Made by a program: the position numbers and the translations under genes. Below, piece by piece: positions 9,570 to 18,509 of a stretch of DNA of 64,000 bases (position 1 is the stretch's first letter; every line of letters starts with the position of its first letter). Where the stretch lies: positions 6,888 to 70,887 of the forward strand of contig JASBVM010000001.1 of assembly GCA_029961055.1 (NCBI GenBank). The letters run 5' to 3'. The notes under the pieces are model-generated. The model did no database searches, was not told where the DNA came from, and saw only the letters and a list, made by a program, of their open reading frames with translations. Origin of the DNA: Bacillota bacterium (GTDB lineage: Bacteria; Bacillota; Sulfobacillia; JAIMAT01).

Positions 9570-9824
9570 GCAGGGAACAGCGTGCCCGGCGATGAGCGGG
9601 GCGAGTACGTTCCGGCACGGGTCCCCAGAGAGGGCGCGGCAGCTGCGAAGCGCCCGGCACCGCCGGATCGGAAGACCACCCGCGAGCCGTCCCCGAGGGG
9701 AGGCCGGCCGGCCGGTGCCGAAGGGGACCGGGAGCGCCCGATACAGCGCGAAGAGAGCGCGCCCGCGCGGCGCGAAGCAGGGTGGAACCGCGTCCAGCCG
9801 TCCCTTCGGGGCGGCTTTTTTGTT
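9570..9824 (+). promoter_or_regulatory. T-box leader (Thr specifier ACC) with intrinsic terminator
   Basis: T-box sequence AAGCAGGGTGGAACCGCG at 9775-9792. Candidate specifier GAAG-ACC-A at 9671-9678. Terminator hairpin GCCGUCCC-UUCG-GGGCGGC plus a T-run at 9797-9824. It lies directly upstream of thrS. Confidence 0.85.
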
Positions 9825-9876
9825 GGCCACCCGTGCTGCGCCAGCGCCGGCGACGACGGAGGAGGGTGCGACGACA

Positions 9877-11880
9877 ATGGATGGTCCCCACGCGCGCCCG
9901 GAGTCGGGCGACGGCAGGGTGCCGGAAGGACGGGAGGAGGGCCCGGTGCGCCTGCTCTTCCCCGACGGCGTGGAGCGGAGCTTTCCGGCGGGCGTGACCC
10001 CGCTCCAGGCGCTGGTGGAGAGCGACCGGCGGCTGGCCCGGGAGGCGGTGGTGGCGCGGCTGGACGGCGAGCTGGTCGACCTCAGCCGGCCGCTGGAACG
10101 CGGCGGCCGCATCGAGTTCCTCACCGCCCAGGACCCCGAGGGGCGGAAGGTTCTCCTGCACAGCGCCGCCCACCTGACCGCCCAGGCGGTCAAGCGGCTC
10201 TGGCCGGAGGCCCGTCTGGGCGTGGGGCCGGCGCTGGAGGAGACCTACTACTACGACATCGACCTGCCCGAGCCGCTCAGCGCCGACGACCTGCCCCGGA
10301 TCGAGGAAGCGATGCGCGACATCGTCTCCCAGGACCTCCCCATCCGGCGGGAGGTGCTCACCCGGGAGGAGGCGCTCGAGCTCTTCGAGCTGCGCGAGGA
10401 GCCGTACAAGTTGGAGATCATCCGCCAGCTGCCCGAAGGCGCCACCATCACCGCCTACCGGCAGGGCGAGTTCGTCGACCTCTGCCGGGGGCCCCACGTC
10501 CCCTCCACCGGGATGATCCGCGCCTTCAAGCTGCTGGGCGTGGCCGGCTCCTACTGGCGCGGCGACGAGCATGGACCGCGCATGCAGCGGATCTCCGGCA
10601 CCGCCTTCCGGAAGAGCGCGGAGCTGGAACACTTCCTCTGGGTGCGGGAGGAAGCCAGGCGGCGCGACCACCGCAAGCTGGGACCGGAGCTGGACCTGTT
10701 CTCCTTCCACGAGGAGGCGCCCGGCTTCGTCTTCTGGCACCCCAAGGGCTGGACGCTCTACCGCCAGCTGGAGGCCTTCTCGCGCGAGCTGCAGGAGGCG
10801 GCCGGCTACCGGGAGGTGCGCACGCCCCAGGTCTTCCGCACCGACCTCTGGAAGGTCTCCGGCCACTGGGAGCACTACCGCGAGAACATGTTCCTGATGG
10901 AGCGGGACGACGAGGTGCTGGGGCTGAAGCCGATGAACTGCCCGGCCCACTGCCTGCTGTACAAGGAGAAGACCCGCTCCTACCGCGACCTGCCGCTCCG
11001 CTTCATGGAGTATGAGGGACTCGCCCGCTACGAGCGCTCGGGCACGCTCCACGGCCTCCTCCGCGTCCGCGGCATGCACCAGGACGACGCGCACCTCTTC
11101 GTCCGCGAGGAGCAGATCCAGGAGGAGATCGCCCGCGTGCTGGAGCTGGTGGAGCGGGAGTACTCCACCTTCGGCATGCCCTACCGGGTGCTCTTCTCCA
11201 CGCGGCCGGAGGATTACATGGGCGAGCTGGCCACCTGGGAGCGCGCCGAGGCGGCGCTCCGGCAGGCGCTGGAGGCGACGGGCAAGCCGTACCAGATCAA
11301 CGAGGGCGACGGCGCCTTCTACGGCCCCAAGCTCGACTTCATGGTGACCGACACGCTCGGCCGGGAGTGGCAGTGCGCCACCGTCCAACTCGATTTCCAG
11401 CTGCCGGAGCGCTTCGATCTGACCTACGTGGACGAGCGCGGCGAGCTGCGCCGGCCGGTCATCATCCACCGCGCCATCCTGGGCTCGCTGGAGCGCTTCA
11501 TCGGCATCCTGGTGGAGCACTACGCGGGCGACTTCCCGCTCTGGCTGGCCCCGCTCCAGGCGCGCATCGTGCCCGTGGCCGACCGGCACCTGGAGTACGC
11601 GCGGAGGCTGGAGCGGGAGCTGGGCGCCCGCGGGCTGCGGGTGGAGGTGGACGACCGCAACGAGAAGCTGGGCTACAAGATCCGCCAGGCGGAGCTCGAG
11701 AAGGTCCCCTACGTGCTGGTGGTGGGCGACCGGGAGGCGAGCTCGGAGACGGTCGCCCTCCGCAGCCGCGGCGAGGGCGACCAGGGCCGGCTTCCTTGGG
11801 AGGAAGTGGCCGCGCGCCTGCTGGAGGAGGTCCGGCTCCGAAGCGGGCGGCCCGCGGCGCCCGCGGGCCGCCCGGGCTGA
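9877..11880 (+). CDS. thrS: Threonine--tRNA ligase
   Basis: ATG at 9877 (GGAGGAGGG upstream) in the 9592..11880 frame. It has TGS, editing and class II core domains (…HSAAHLTAQAVKRLWP…, …RGMHQDDAHLF…, …FYGPKLDFMVTD…). Confidence 0.95.
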   Translation: MDGPHARPESGDGRVPEGREEGPVRLLFPDGVERSFPAGVTPLQALVESDRRLAREAVVARLDGELVDLSRPLERGGRIEFLTAQDPEGRKVLLHSAAHLTAQAVKRLWPEARLGVGPALEETYYYDIDLPEPLSADDLPRIEEAMRDIVSQDLPIRREVLTREEALELFELREEPYKLEIIRQLPEGATITAYRQGEFVDLCRGPHVPSTGMIRAFKLLGVAGSYWRGDEHGPRMQRISGTAFRKSAELEHFLWVREEARRRDHRKLGPELDLFSFHEEAPGFVFWHPKGWTLYRQLEAFSRELQEAAGYREVRTPQVFRTDLWKVSGHWEHYRENMFLMERDDEVLGLKPMNCPAHCLLYKEKTRSYRDLPLRFMEYEGLARYERSGTLHGLLRVRGMHQDDAHLFVREEQIQEEIARVLELVEREYSTFGMPYRVLFSTRPEDYMGELATWERAEAALRQALEATGKPYQINEGDGAFYGPKLDFMVTDTLGREWQCATVQLDFQLPERFDLTYVDERGELRRPVIIHRAILGSLERFIGILVEHYAGDFPLWLAPLQARIVPVADRHLEYARRLERELGARGLRVEVDDRNEKLGYKIRQAELEKVPYVLVVGDREASSETVALRSRGEGDQGRLPWEEVAARLLEEVRLRSGRPAAPAGRPG

Positions 11881-11936
11881 GCCGCCGGGGGATCCGGTGC
11901 GGCCTCGCGCTCCCGGGCGCGGCCCGGCCGCAACCG

Positions 11937-11965
11937 TTGACTCTTCCTGCGGCCGATGGTAGACT
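11937..11965 (+). promoter_or_regulatory. Sigma-A-type promoter of the infC-rpmI-rplT operon (TTGACT-17-TAGACT)
   Basis: TTGACT at 11937-11942, a 17-nt spacer, and TAGACT at 11960-11965. Confidence 0.55.
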
Positions 11966-12124
11966 GCGCGCGACAAGTGCGGTCCACGAAGCAGAAGCTC
12001 GGCTTCTCCCCTGCCGCTCGAGCGCGCAGGGCCACCGGAACGAAGACGACCACGAGGGACGAAGTTCCGTCGGCGGTGGGCGCGGTGGCCCATCGCCGGT
12101 TTCGTTACATGGGGGTGATGGAGC

Positions 12125-12727
12125 ATCGCCAGGGAGTTGCGGGTCAACCAGGCCATCCGGGCCCGTGAGGTGCGCGTCATCGACGCGGACGGCGAGCAGC
12201 TGGGGGTCTTCCTGACCCGGGAGGCGCTCCGCGTCGCGGCCGAACGGGGCCTGGACCTGGTTGAGGTGGCGCCCAACGCGACGCCGCCGGTCTGCCGGCT
12301 GATGGACTACGGCCGCTACAAGTACGAGCAGGCCAAGCACGAGCGGGAAGCCCGGCGCCACCAACGGCTCGTCGACATCAAGGAAGTGAAGCTGCGACCG
12401 AACATCGACGACCACGACTTCGAGGTCAAGGCGCGGAACGCAGAGCGCTTCCTTCGCGAGGGAAACAAGGTGAAATGCACCATCATGTTCCGCGGCCGGG
12501 AGATCGTGCACTCCTCCTTGGGCCTTCAGCTGCTCCAGCAGCTGGTGGAACGGGTGCAGGACTTGGCTGTCGTCGAGCAACAACCCCGGGTCGAGGGCCG
12601 CAACATGGTGATGCTCCTGAGCCCCAAGCCCAACGCGGTCCGGCAGCGGGCGGGTGGCTCCCCGCAGGGCGAGGAGGAGACCAAGCCGAGCGAAGGCGGC
12701 GAGGCCGCGGGTGCAGGGTCCCAGTGA
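12125..12727 (+). CDS. infC: Translation initiation factor IF-3
   Basis: The frame opens at 12119. IARELRVNQAIRAREVRVID aligns with the IF-3 N-terminus (Bacillus ISKDQLVNEGIRAREVRLI), so an ATC start at 12125 is likely. TTG at 12137 is the first canonical alternative. Confidence 0.9.
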   Translation: MARELRVNQAIRAREVRVIDADGEQLGVFLTREALRVAAERGLDLVEVAPNATPPVCRLMDYGRYKYEQAKHEREARRHQRLVDIKEVKLRPNIDDHDFEVKARNAERFLREGNKVKCTIMFRGREIVHSSLGLQLLQQLVERVQDLAVVEQQPRVEGRNMVMLLSPKPNAVRQRAGGSPQGEEETKPSEGGEAAGAGSQ

Positions 12728-12773
12728 CCGGTTTCGCCCGCACCGGCTCGGAGGGACGAGGGGGTCAGACGGG

Positions 12774-12971
12774 ATGCCCAAGATGAAGACGCACAGGGGT
12801 GCCGCCAAGCGGTTCAAGCTGACCGCCAAGGGCCACTTCCGGCGCCAACGCGCCTACAATCACCACATCGCTCGCACCAAGTCCAAGAAGCAGCTCCGCC
12901 GTCTCGAGCGGCCGGCCGTGATCAGCCGGACGGACGAGCGGCGCCTGCGCCGGCTCCTGCCGGGGACCTGA
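12774..12971 (+). CDS. rpmI: 50S ribosomal protein L35
   Basis: The protein begins MPKMKTHRGAAKRFKLTAKGHFRR. It is 65 aa, from the ATG at 12774 within the 12654..12971 frame. Confidence 0.95.
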   Translation: MPKMKTHRGAAKRFKLTAKGHFRRQRAYNHHIARTKSKKQLRRLERPAVISRTDERRLRRLLPGT

Positions 12972-12989
12972 TCCAGGGGAGGGGTCCGG

Positions 12990-13343
12990 ATGACCCGTGT
13001 CAAGGGCGGGCCGCACAGCCGGCGCCGCCACAAGAAGATCCTGAAGCTGGCCAAGGGCTATTTCGGGGGGCGCCACGCCCTCTTCCGGCCGGCCAACGAG
13101 ACCGTCATGCACGCGCTCGCCCACGCCTACCGGCACCGCCGCCTGCGCAAGAGGGAGTTCCGCCGGCTGTGGATCGCGCGCATCAACGCCGCCGCGCGAC
13201 GGAACGGGCTTTCGTACAGCCGGCTGATCGCCGGGCTGAAGCGGGCCGGCGTGGCCATCAACAGGAAGATGCTGGCGGAGATGGCGGTGCGAGACCGCGC
13301 CGGGTTCGAGCAGCTGGTGGAGCGGGCGCGCGCCGCGCTCTGA
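12990..13343 (+). CDS. rplT: 50S ribosomal protein L20
   Basis: The protein begins [28 protein letters not shown] and is 117 aa. Confidence 0.95.
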   Translation: MTRVKGGPHSRRRHKKILKLAKGYFGGRHALFRPANETVMHALAHAYRHRRLRKREFRRLWIARINAAARRNGLSYSRLIAGLKRAGVAINRKMLAEMAVRDRAGFEQLVERARAAL

Positions 13344-13348
13344 GCCGG

Positions 13349-14152
13349 GTGCGCCTGGAAAGCGCGGGCAACCCGCGTCTGAAGCTGGTCCGCCGCCTGG
13401 CCCGCGACCGCAGGCTCCGGCACCAGAGGGGCCTGGTCCTGGTGGAGGGCGTGCAGCTCGCCCGGGATGCACTGGCGGCGGGGCTGGGCGTGGAGCTGGC
13501 GGTGCTGGCACCGGAGATGTGGGGAGAGGAGGCCCGCGGCTTGGCCGCGGGCCTTCCTGCCGATCGCGTGGTCGAGGTGAGCCCCTCGCTCTTCCGCCAG
13601 CTGAGCGATGTGGAGAGCCCCCAGGGCGTGGCGCTCCTGGTGCGCATGCCGGCCCCGTGGGACGGGCGCTCCGGCAGCGCGGACCATCCGCTGCTGGTGG
13701 TCGACCGGCTCCAGGATCCGGGCAACCTGGGCACGCTCCTGCGCGCGGCCGAGGGGCTGGGCTGCCGGGCGGCGCTTCTCCTGGAGGGGACGGTGGACGT
13801 CTGGAACCCCAAGGTGGTGCGGAGCGCCATGGGGGCCGCCTTCCGCCTGCCCCTCCGCTGGGGGGTGGAGCGGGAGCGGCTTCTGGCGGAGACGGTCGCG
13901 CAGGGCTGGAGGCTGCTGGTGGCGATGCCGCGGGGCGGGCGGCCGCTCTGGGAGACCCCCTTGCTGGGGCCCGTGGCGGTGGTGGTGGGCAACGAGGCCG
14001 GAGGCGTCTCCGAGGAGATCCGGCGCCGGGCGGAGGCGGTCACCATCCCCATGGAGGGTGGAGAGTCGTTGAACGCCGCCGTCGCGGGTGCGATGATCCT
14101 CTATGAGGCGGCGCGGCAGAGGGCTGCCATTCAGCGAAAAGCGATGTTATAA
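13349..14152 (+). CDS. TrmH/SpoU-family RNA 2'-O-methyltransferase
   Basis: GTG at 13349 in the 13169..14152 frame. SpoU motifs LQDPGNLGTLLRAAEG, VVVGNEAGGVS and GESLNAAVAGAMILYE. It occupies the same position as B. subtilis ysgA upstream of pheS. Confidence 0.85.
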   Translation: MRLESAGNPRLKLVRRLARDRRLRHQRGLVLVEGVQLARDALAAGLGVELAVLAPEMWGEEARGLAAGLPADRVVEVSPSLFRQLSDVESPQGVALLVRMPAPWDGRSGSADHPLLVVDRLQDPGNLGTLLRAAEGLGCRAALLLEGTVDVWNPKVVRSAMGAAFRLPLRWGVERERLLAETVAQGWRLLVAMPRGGRPLWETPLLGPVAVVVGNEAGGVSEEIRRRAEAVTIPMEGGESLNAAVAGAMILYEAARQRAAIQRKAML

Positions 14153-14240
14153 TGCGTGCGAACGCGCCTCCGTCGAGGCGAACGCGCCAGCGGATGCAGT
14201 GAGAGCGGGCGGGCGATGGCCGGAAGGGGGCAGACCCACG

Positions 14241-14336
14241 GTGCCGGCGGCCGACTTCTTCTGGGCGATCTTCGAGCGTACCGGGTCGATCCTGGCGTAC
14301 TTGCTCTATCGGAGCCTGCTGGGCGGCAACGGCTGA
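14241..14336 (+). CDS. YqzL-family small protein (31 aa)
   Basis: GTG at 14241, with GGAAGGGGG about 10 nt upstream. VPAADFFWAIFERTGSILAYLLYRSLL matches my recollection of the YqzL motif (F.W..F..TG.I.aYLLyk). Confidence 0.55.
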   Translation: MPAADFFWAIFERTGSILAYLLYRSLLGGNG

Positions 14337-14432
14337 GTCGGAAGGCGGGGGCCGATCCGGTTGCAGGCCCGCCCGGTGGATGGGGGCGGAGCGGGCACAG
14401 CGTCGGCGCCGGTCCGGTTCACGGGATCTGGT

Positions 14433-14462
14433 CACCCCTCCTCGGGGGTGGCTTTCTTGTTC
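14433..14462 (+). terminator. Rho-independent terminator after trmH/yqzL
   Basis: CACCCC-tcctcg-GGGGTG hairpin followed by GCTTTCTTGTT. Confidence 0.6.
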
Positions 14463-14533
14463 GGCGGAAGGCCGCGGGCCGGCGCCGGCGGGGAGCCGGA
14501 TGCGCGCGGGCACAGGCGGCCGCCGCTCGCGGT

Positions 14534-14563
14534 TGACATCTCCGGCCGCGCGGGCCGATACTG
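14534..14563 (+). promoter_or_regulatory. Sigma-A-type promoter of the pheST leader (TTGACA-18-GATACT)
   Basis: TTGACA at 14534-14539 and GATACT at 14558-14563. Confidence 0.55.
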
Positions 14564-14569
14564 GCGTAT

Positions 14570-14890
14570 CATCCCGAAGAGAAGAGTCCGGTCGTTCCGC
14601 TTCGGCCGGATGCGCGATGAGGGGGAGAGTAGCCCGGGAGTGCCGCCTCAGGGAGGCCGGCCAAGACTGGAAGCCGGCTGCGGCGGTTCCGGGTGAAGTT
14701 CACCCCTGAGCAGGTCTCCTGAGGGGGGAGGCGTCCCGCCGCACCGACGCCGTGCGGGACCTCCTCCGCCAGGGGGACGCGGGTGCGCCCGGTACCGCGC
14801 GCAGAGCCCTGCCGCCGAAGGATGCGGGCGGGGGAAGCAAGGGTGGTACCGCGGTGGACTTCCGCCCCTGGAGAGGGGGCGGTTTTTTTT
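14570..14890 (+). promoter_or_regulatory. T-box leader (Phe specifier UUC) with intrinsic terminator
   Basis: T-box sequence AAGCAAGGGTGGTACCGCG at about 14836-14853. Candidate specifier GAAG-TTC-A near 14693-14701. Terminator CCGCCCC-tggagag-GGGGCGG plus T8 at 14862-14890. Confidence 0.85.
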
Positions 14891-14980
14891 GGCCCGGTGG
14901 CCCCCTCGGGGCAAGGGTGGCGTGCTGCCGGGATAGCGCCGGGATCCCGCCGGGATCCCGGTCGAGACGGGGGTGAGACC

Positions 14981-16069
14981 GTGAACGAGGGCGTGGGGGA
15001 GAAGGGCGTGGAGGCGCTCGCCGAGGAGGCGCTGGCCCAGGTGGCGCAGGCCTCCTCCCCCGAGGAGGTCGAGCGCGTCCGGGTCGCCTTCCTGGGCAGG
15101 AAGGGCCGGCTCGCCGAGGCCTTCCGGCGCCTGCCCTCCCTTCCTGCCGAGGAGCGGAGGGATTACGGGCAGCGGTTGAACCGGGTGAAGAGCCGGATCG
15201 AGGAGGCGCTGCGGGGCCGGGCGGAGGAACTGGAGCGGAGCCGGCTGGAGGCTCGCCTGGCCGGAGAGCGCGTGGACGTGACGCTACCCGGCGTCCGGCC
15301 GCCCCTGGGCGCCTTCCATCCCCTCCGCCTGGCCGAGGAGCGGGTCGAGTCGATCATGGAGTCGCTGGGCTACGAGATCTGGGAGGGACCGGAGGTGGAG
15401 AGCGACGAGCTCAACTTCACCGCCCTCAACATCCCCCCGGACCACCCGGCGCGCGACATGCAGGACACGTTCTACCTGGAGGAACCGGCGGAGGGCAGGG
15501 CGGAAGCGGGGGCGCTCCTTCTGCGCACCCACACCTCGCCCGGCCAGATCCGCTACATGCGGGCGCACGCGCCCCGCCTCCCCGTCCGCATGATCTCGCC
15601 GGGCAGGGTCTACCGCCGCGACGACGACGCGCGCCACTCGCCGGTCTTCCACCAGGTCGAGGGGCTGGCGGTGGACCGCGGCGTGAGCATGGCCGACCTG
15701 AAGGGGACGCTGGAGGCGCTGGCGCGCGGCCTCTTCGGCGCCCGGACCCGGATCCGGCTGCGCCCGAGCTACTTCCCGTTCACCGAACCCAGCGTGGAGG
15801 TGGACGTCACCTGCACCATCTGCGGCGGCGAGGGCTGTACCGTCTGCGGCACGGGCTGGCTGGAGATCCTGGGCGCCGGCATGGTCCACCCGGTGGTGCT
15901 CCGCAACGGCGGCTACGACCCGGAGGAAGCGAGCGGTTTCGCCTTCGGCCTCGGCATCGAGCGGGTCGCCATGCTCCTCTACCGGATCGAGAACATCCGC
16001 CTGCTCTACCGGAACGACCTGCGCTGGCTCGAGCCGTTCCGCGGGGGGAGGGCCGTGGATGCGCGTTGA
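14981..16069 (+). CDS. pheS: Phenylalanine--tRNA ligase alpha subunit
   Basis: GTG at 14981 in the 14783..16069 frame. It contains …HPARDMQDTFYL…, …LLRTHTSPGQIR… and …FPFTEPSVEVD…. Confidence 0.95.
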   Translation: MNEGVGEKGVEALAEEALAQVAQASSPEEVERVRVAFLGRKGRLAEAFRRLPSLPAEERRDYGQRLNRVKSRIEEALRGRAEELERSRLEARLAGERVDVTLPGVRPPLGAFHPLRLAEERVESIMESLGYEIWEGPEVESDELNFTALNIPPDHPARDMQDTFYLEEPAEGRAEAGALLLRTHTSPGQIRYMRAHAPRLPVRMISPGRVYRRDDDARHSPVFHQVEGLAVDRGVSMADLKGTLEALARGLFGARTRIRLRPSYFPFTEPSVEVDVTCTICGGEGCTVCGTGWLEILGAGMVHPVVLRNGGYDPEEASGFAFGLGIERVAMLLYRIENIRLLYRNDLRWLEPFRGGRAVDAR

Positions 16070-18488
16070 CTGGCTCTGGTTGAAGGAGTTCGTGCTGCCG
16101 CCGGTGGGGCCCGAGGAGCTGGCCCGTCTCCTGCCCCTGCAGGGGCTGGAGGTGGCCGCCCTCGAGCTGGGTCCCCGCGGCTGGGAGGGGGTGCGGGTGG
16201 CACGGGTGGTGGCGGTGGAGCCCCACCCGGACGCCGACCAGCTCCGCGTCTGCCGCCTGGAGGCCGGGCTGGGCCGGACGGTCCAGGTGGTCTCCGGCGC
16301 CCCCAACCTGCGCGCCGGCATGCTCGCCGTCTGGGCGCCCCCGGGCAGCCGGCTGCCCGGGCGGAGCGAGCCCCTGGCGGCGGTCCGCTTCCGCGGCGTC
16401 CTCTCGGAGGGGATGCTCTGCGCGGGCGACGAGCTGGGCCTGCCCGGCGGCGACCACGGGGGGGTCCTGGAGCTGGCCGGGGGCGAGCCGGGGGAACCGG
16501 CGGAGCGGCGGCTGCCCGCCGGCGACGCGGTGCTGGAGCTGGAGCTGACGCCGAACTACGCGGTCCACTGCCAGAGCGTGCTGGGCGTCGCCCGGGAGGT
16601 GGCCGCCCGGTTCGGCCTGCCCCTTCCTGCCGGGCGGGCCCCCGAAGTCGACTGGGCTGCCCTGACCGCGAGCCCGGAGGCACCCGTCATCGAGCTGGAG
16701 GCCCCGGACGGCTGCGGCCGCTACGTGGCGCTGCTCCTGGAGGGGGTGCGGCCGCTCCCCTCGCCGGCCGAGGTCCAGCGGCGGCTCCGGGCGGCCGGCG
16801 TCCGGCCGATCAACGCCCTGGTGGACGCCACCAACTACGTGATGCTGGAGACCGGGCAGCCGCTCCACGCCTTCGACGCGGACCGCCTCGCCTGGCGCGA
16901 CGGCCGGCCGCTGGTGGGCGTCCGCCGGGCGCGCCCCGGGGAGCGGCTGGTCACGCTGGACGGCGCCGAGCGGGAGCTGTCCCGGGAGGACCTGGTGATC
17001 GCCAGCGGCGAGCGGCCGGTGGGCCTGGCGGGAGTCATGGGCGGGGCCGGGAGCCAGGTGGACGAGGGCACCCGGCGGATCCTCCTGGAGTCGGCCTGGT
17101 TCGAACCGCGGAGCATCCGCCGGACCTCGCGCCGGCTCGGCCTGGCCACGGAGGCGGCCGGCCGCTTCGAGAAGGGCGTCGACCCGGCGCTCCAGAGGGC
17201 GGCGGCGCTGCGCGCGGCCGAGCTCGTGGCCGCCTGGACGGGTGGCCGCCTGGTGGCGGCGGCGGAGGCGGCGGGGAGACTGCCGGAAGAGCGGACCGTC
17301 CGCTGGCGGCCCGAGCGGACGCGTTCGCTCCTGGGCGCGGAGATCGAACCCGGGGAGCAGCGGGACCTCCTGGAGCGGCTCGGCTTCCGGGTGGAGGAGG
17401 AGGCAGGGGCGGGGGGCGGGTCGGCCTTCCTGGTGCGCGTCCCCAGCTGGCGCGGCGACGTCGAGGGCGAGGCGGACCTGGCCGAGGAGGTGGCGCGGCT
17501 GGCGGGCTACGAGCGGATCCCGTCGCGTCTGGCGGTGACGCCCGCCCACCTGCCCGAGCCCGACCGGCCGGGCCGGCTGCGCAGGCTGGTCCGGGAGACG
17601 CTGGTGGGCGCGGGGCTGACGGAGGCGGTCGGCTACCCCCTGCAGGGGGAGGAGCGCCTCCGCACGCTGGGCTTCGATCCGGCGGGCTGCCCCCGCCTGG
17701 CCAACCCCATCACCCGCGAGCAGGCCTACCTGGAGCCCTCGCTCCTGCCCTCGCTGGTGGAGTCGGCCGAGGAGAACCGCCGGCAGGGCCGGGACGAGTG
17801 GGCGCTCTTCGAGATCGGGCGCCGCTTCGCCCGCTCCGAGCCGGGCGGCGTGGTGGAGCGGATGGCGGTGGGCTTCCTGGTGCGCGGGCGGCTGGCCGCC
17901 AGCTGGGCGGAGCCGGGCCGGCCGGCCGACTTCTTCACCGGCAAGGGGCTGGTGGAGGCCCTGCTCGAGCGGCTGGCGATCCGCGAGGTTCGCTTCGTCC
18001 GCGGCGGGCCGGCCGCGCTCCATCCCGGCCGCGCGGCCGAGCTGCGCGAGGCGGGGGGCGAAGGGCGGCTCCTGGGCTGGGTGGGCGAGCTCCACCCGGC
18101 GGTGGGCCGCGCCCTGGACTGGCCGGAGGGCGTGGTGGCGGGCGAACTCGACCTGGACGCCCTTCTGCCGCTGGCGCAGCCGCCGCGGGAGCCGGGGCCG
18201 CTGCCGCGCTACCCCGGCGTGGCGCGGGACCTCTCGCTGGTCGTCCCCGAGGAGGAGCCGGCGGAGAAGGTGGCAGAGGCGATCCGCCAGGCGGCCGGCC
18301 CCTGGCTGGACCAGCTCCGCCTCTTCGACGTGTACCATGGGGAGGAGGTGGGGGCGGGCCGGAAGAGCCTCGCCTTCTCCCTCACCTACCGCGCCCCGGA
18401 CCGGACGCTGAGCGACGAGGAGGTGGCCGGGGTCCACGAGGCGGTGCGCCGGCGCCTCAAGGAGGAAGGGGCGCAGCTCCGTTCGTGA
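16059..18488 (+). CDS. pheT: Phenylalanine--tRNA ligase beta subunit
   Basis: 809 aa, beginning MRVDWLWLKEFV. It has tRNA-binding, B3/4, B5 and FDX-ACB domains and overlaps the pheS stop by 11 nt. Confidence 0.95.
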   Translation: MRVDWLWLKEFVLPPVGPEELARLLPLQGLEVAALELGPRGWEGVRVARVVAVEPHPDADQLRVCRLEAGLGRTVQVVSGAPNLRAGMLAVWAPPGSRLPGRSEPLAAVRFRGVLSEGMLCAGDELGLPGGDHGGVLELAGGEPGEPAERRLPAGDAVLELELTPNYAVHCQSVLGVAREVAARFGLPLPAGRAPEVDWAALTASPEAPVIELEAPDGCGRYVALLLEGVRPLPSPAEVQRRLRAAGVRPINALVDATNYVMLETGQPLHAFDADRLAWRDGRPLVGVRRARPGERLVTLDGAERELSREDLVIASGERPVGLAGVMGGAGSQVDEGTRRILLESAWFEPRSIRRTSRRLGLATEAAGRFEKGVDPALQRAAALRAAELVAAWTGGRLVAAAEAAGRLPEERTVRWRPERTRSLLGAEIEPGEQRDLLERLGFRVEEEAGAGGGSAFLVRVPSWRGDVEGEADLAEEVARLAGYERIPSRLAVTPAHLPEPDRPGRLRRLVRETLVGAGLTEAVGYPLQGEERLRTLGFDPAGCPRLANPITREQAYLEPSLLPSLVESAEENRRQGRDEWALFEIGRRFARSEPGGVVERMAVGFLVRGRLAASWAEPGRPADFFTGKGLVEALLERLAIREVRFVRGGPAALHPGRAAELREAGGEGRLLGWVGELHPAVGRALDWPEGVVAGELDLDALLPLAQPPREPGPLPRYPGVARDLSLVVPEEEPAEKVAEAIRQAAGPWLDQLRLFDVYHGEEVGAGRKSLAFSLTYRAPDRTLSDEEVAGVHEAVRRRLKEEGAQLRS

Positions 18489-18509
18489 AAGGGGTCGGGT
18501 CGAGGCTTC

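Noticed and set aside
9556-12276. A 906-aa minus-strand ORF across thrS and infC.
   Set aside because: It is a shadow ORF antisense to thrS and the T-box leader.
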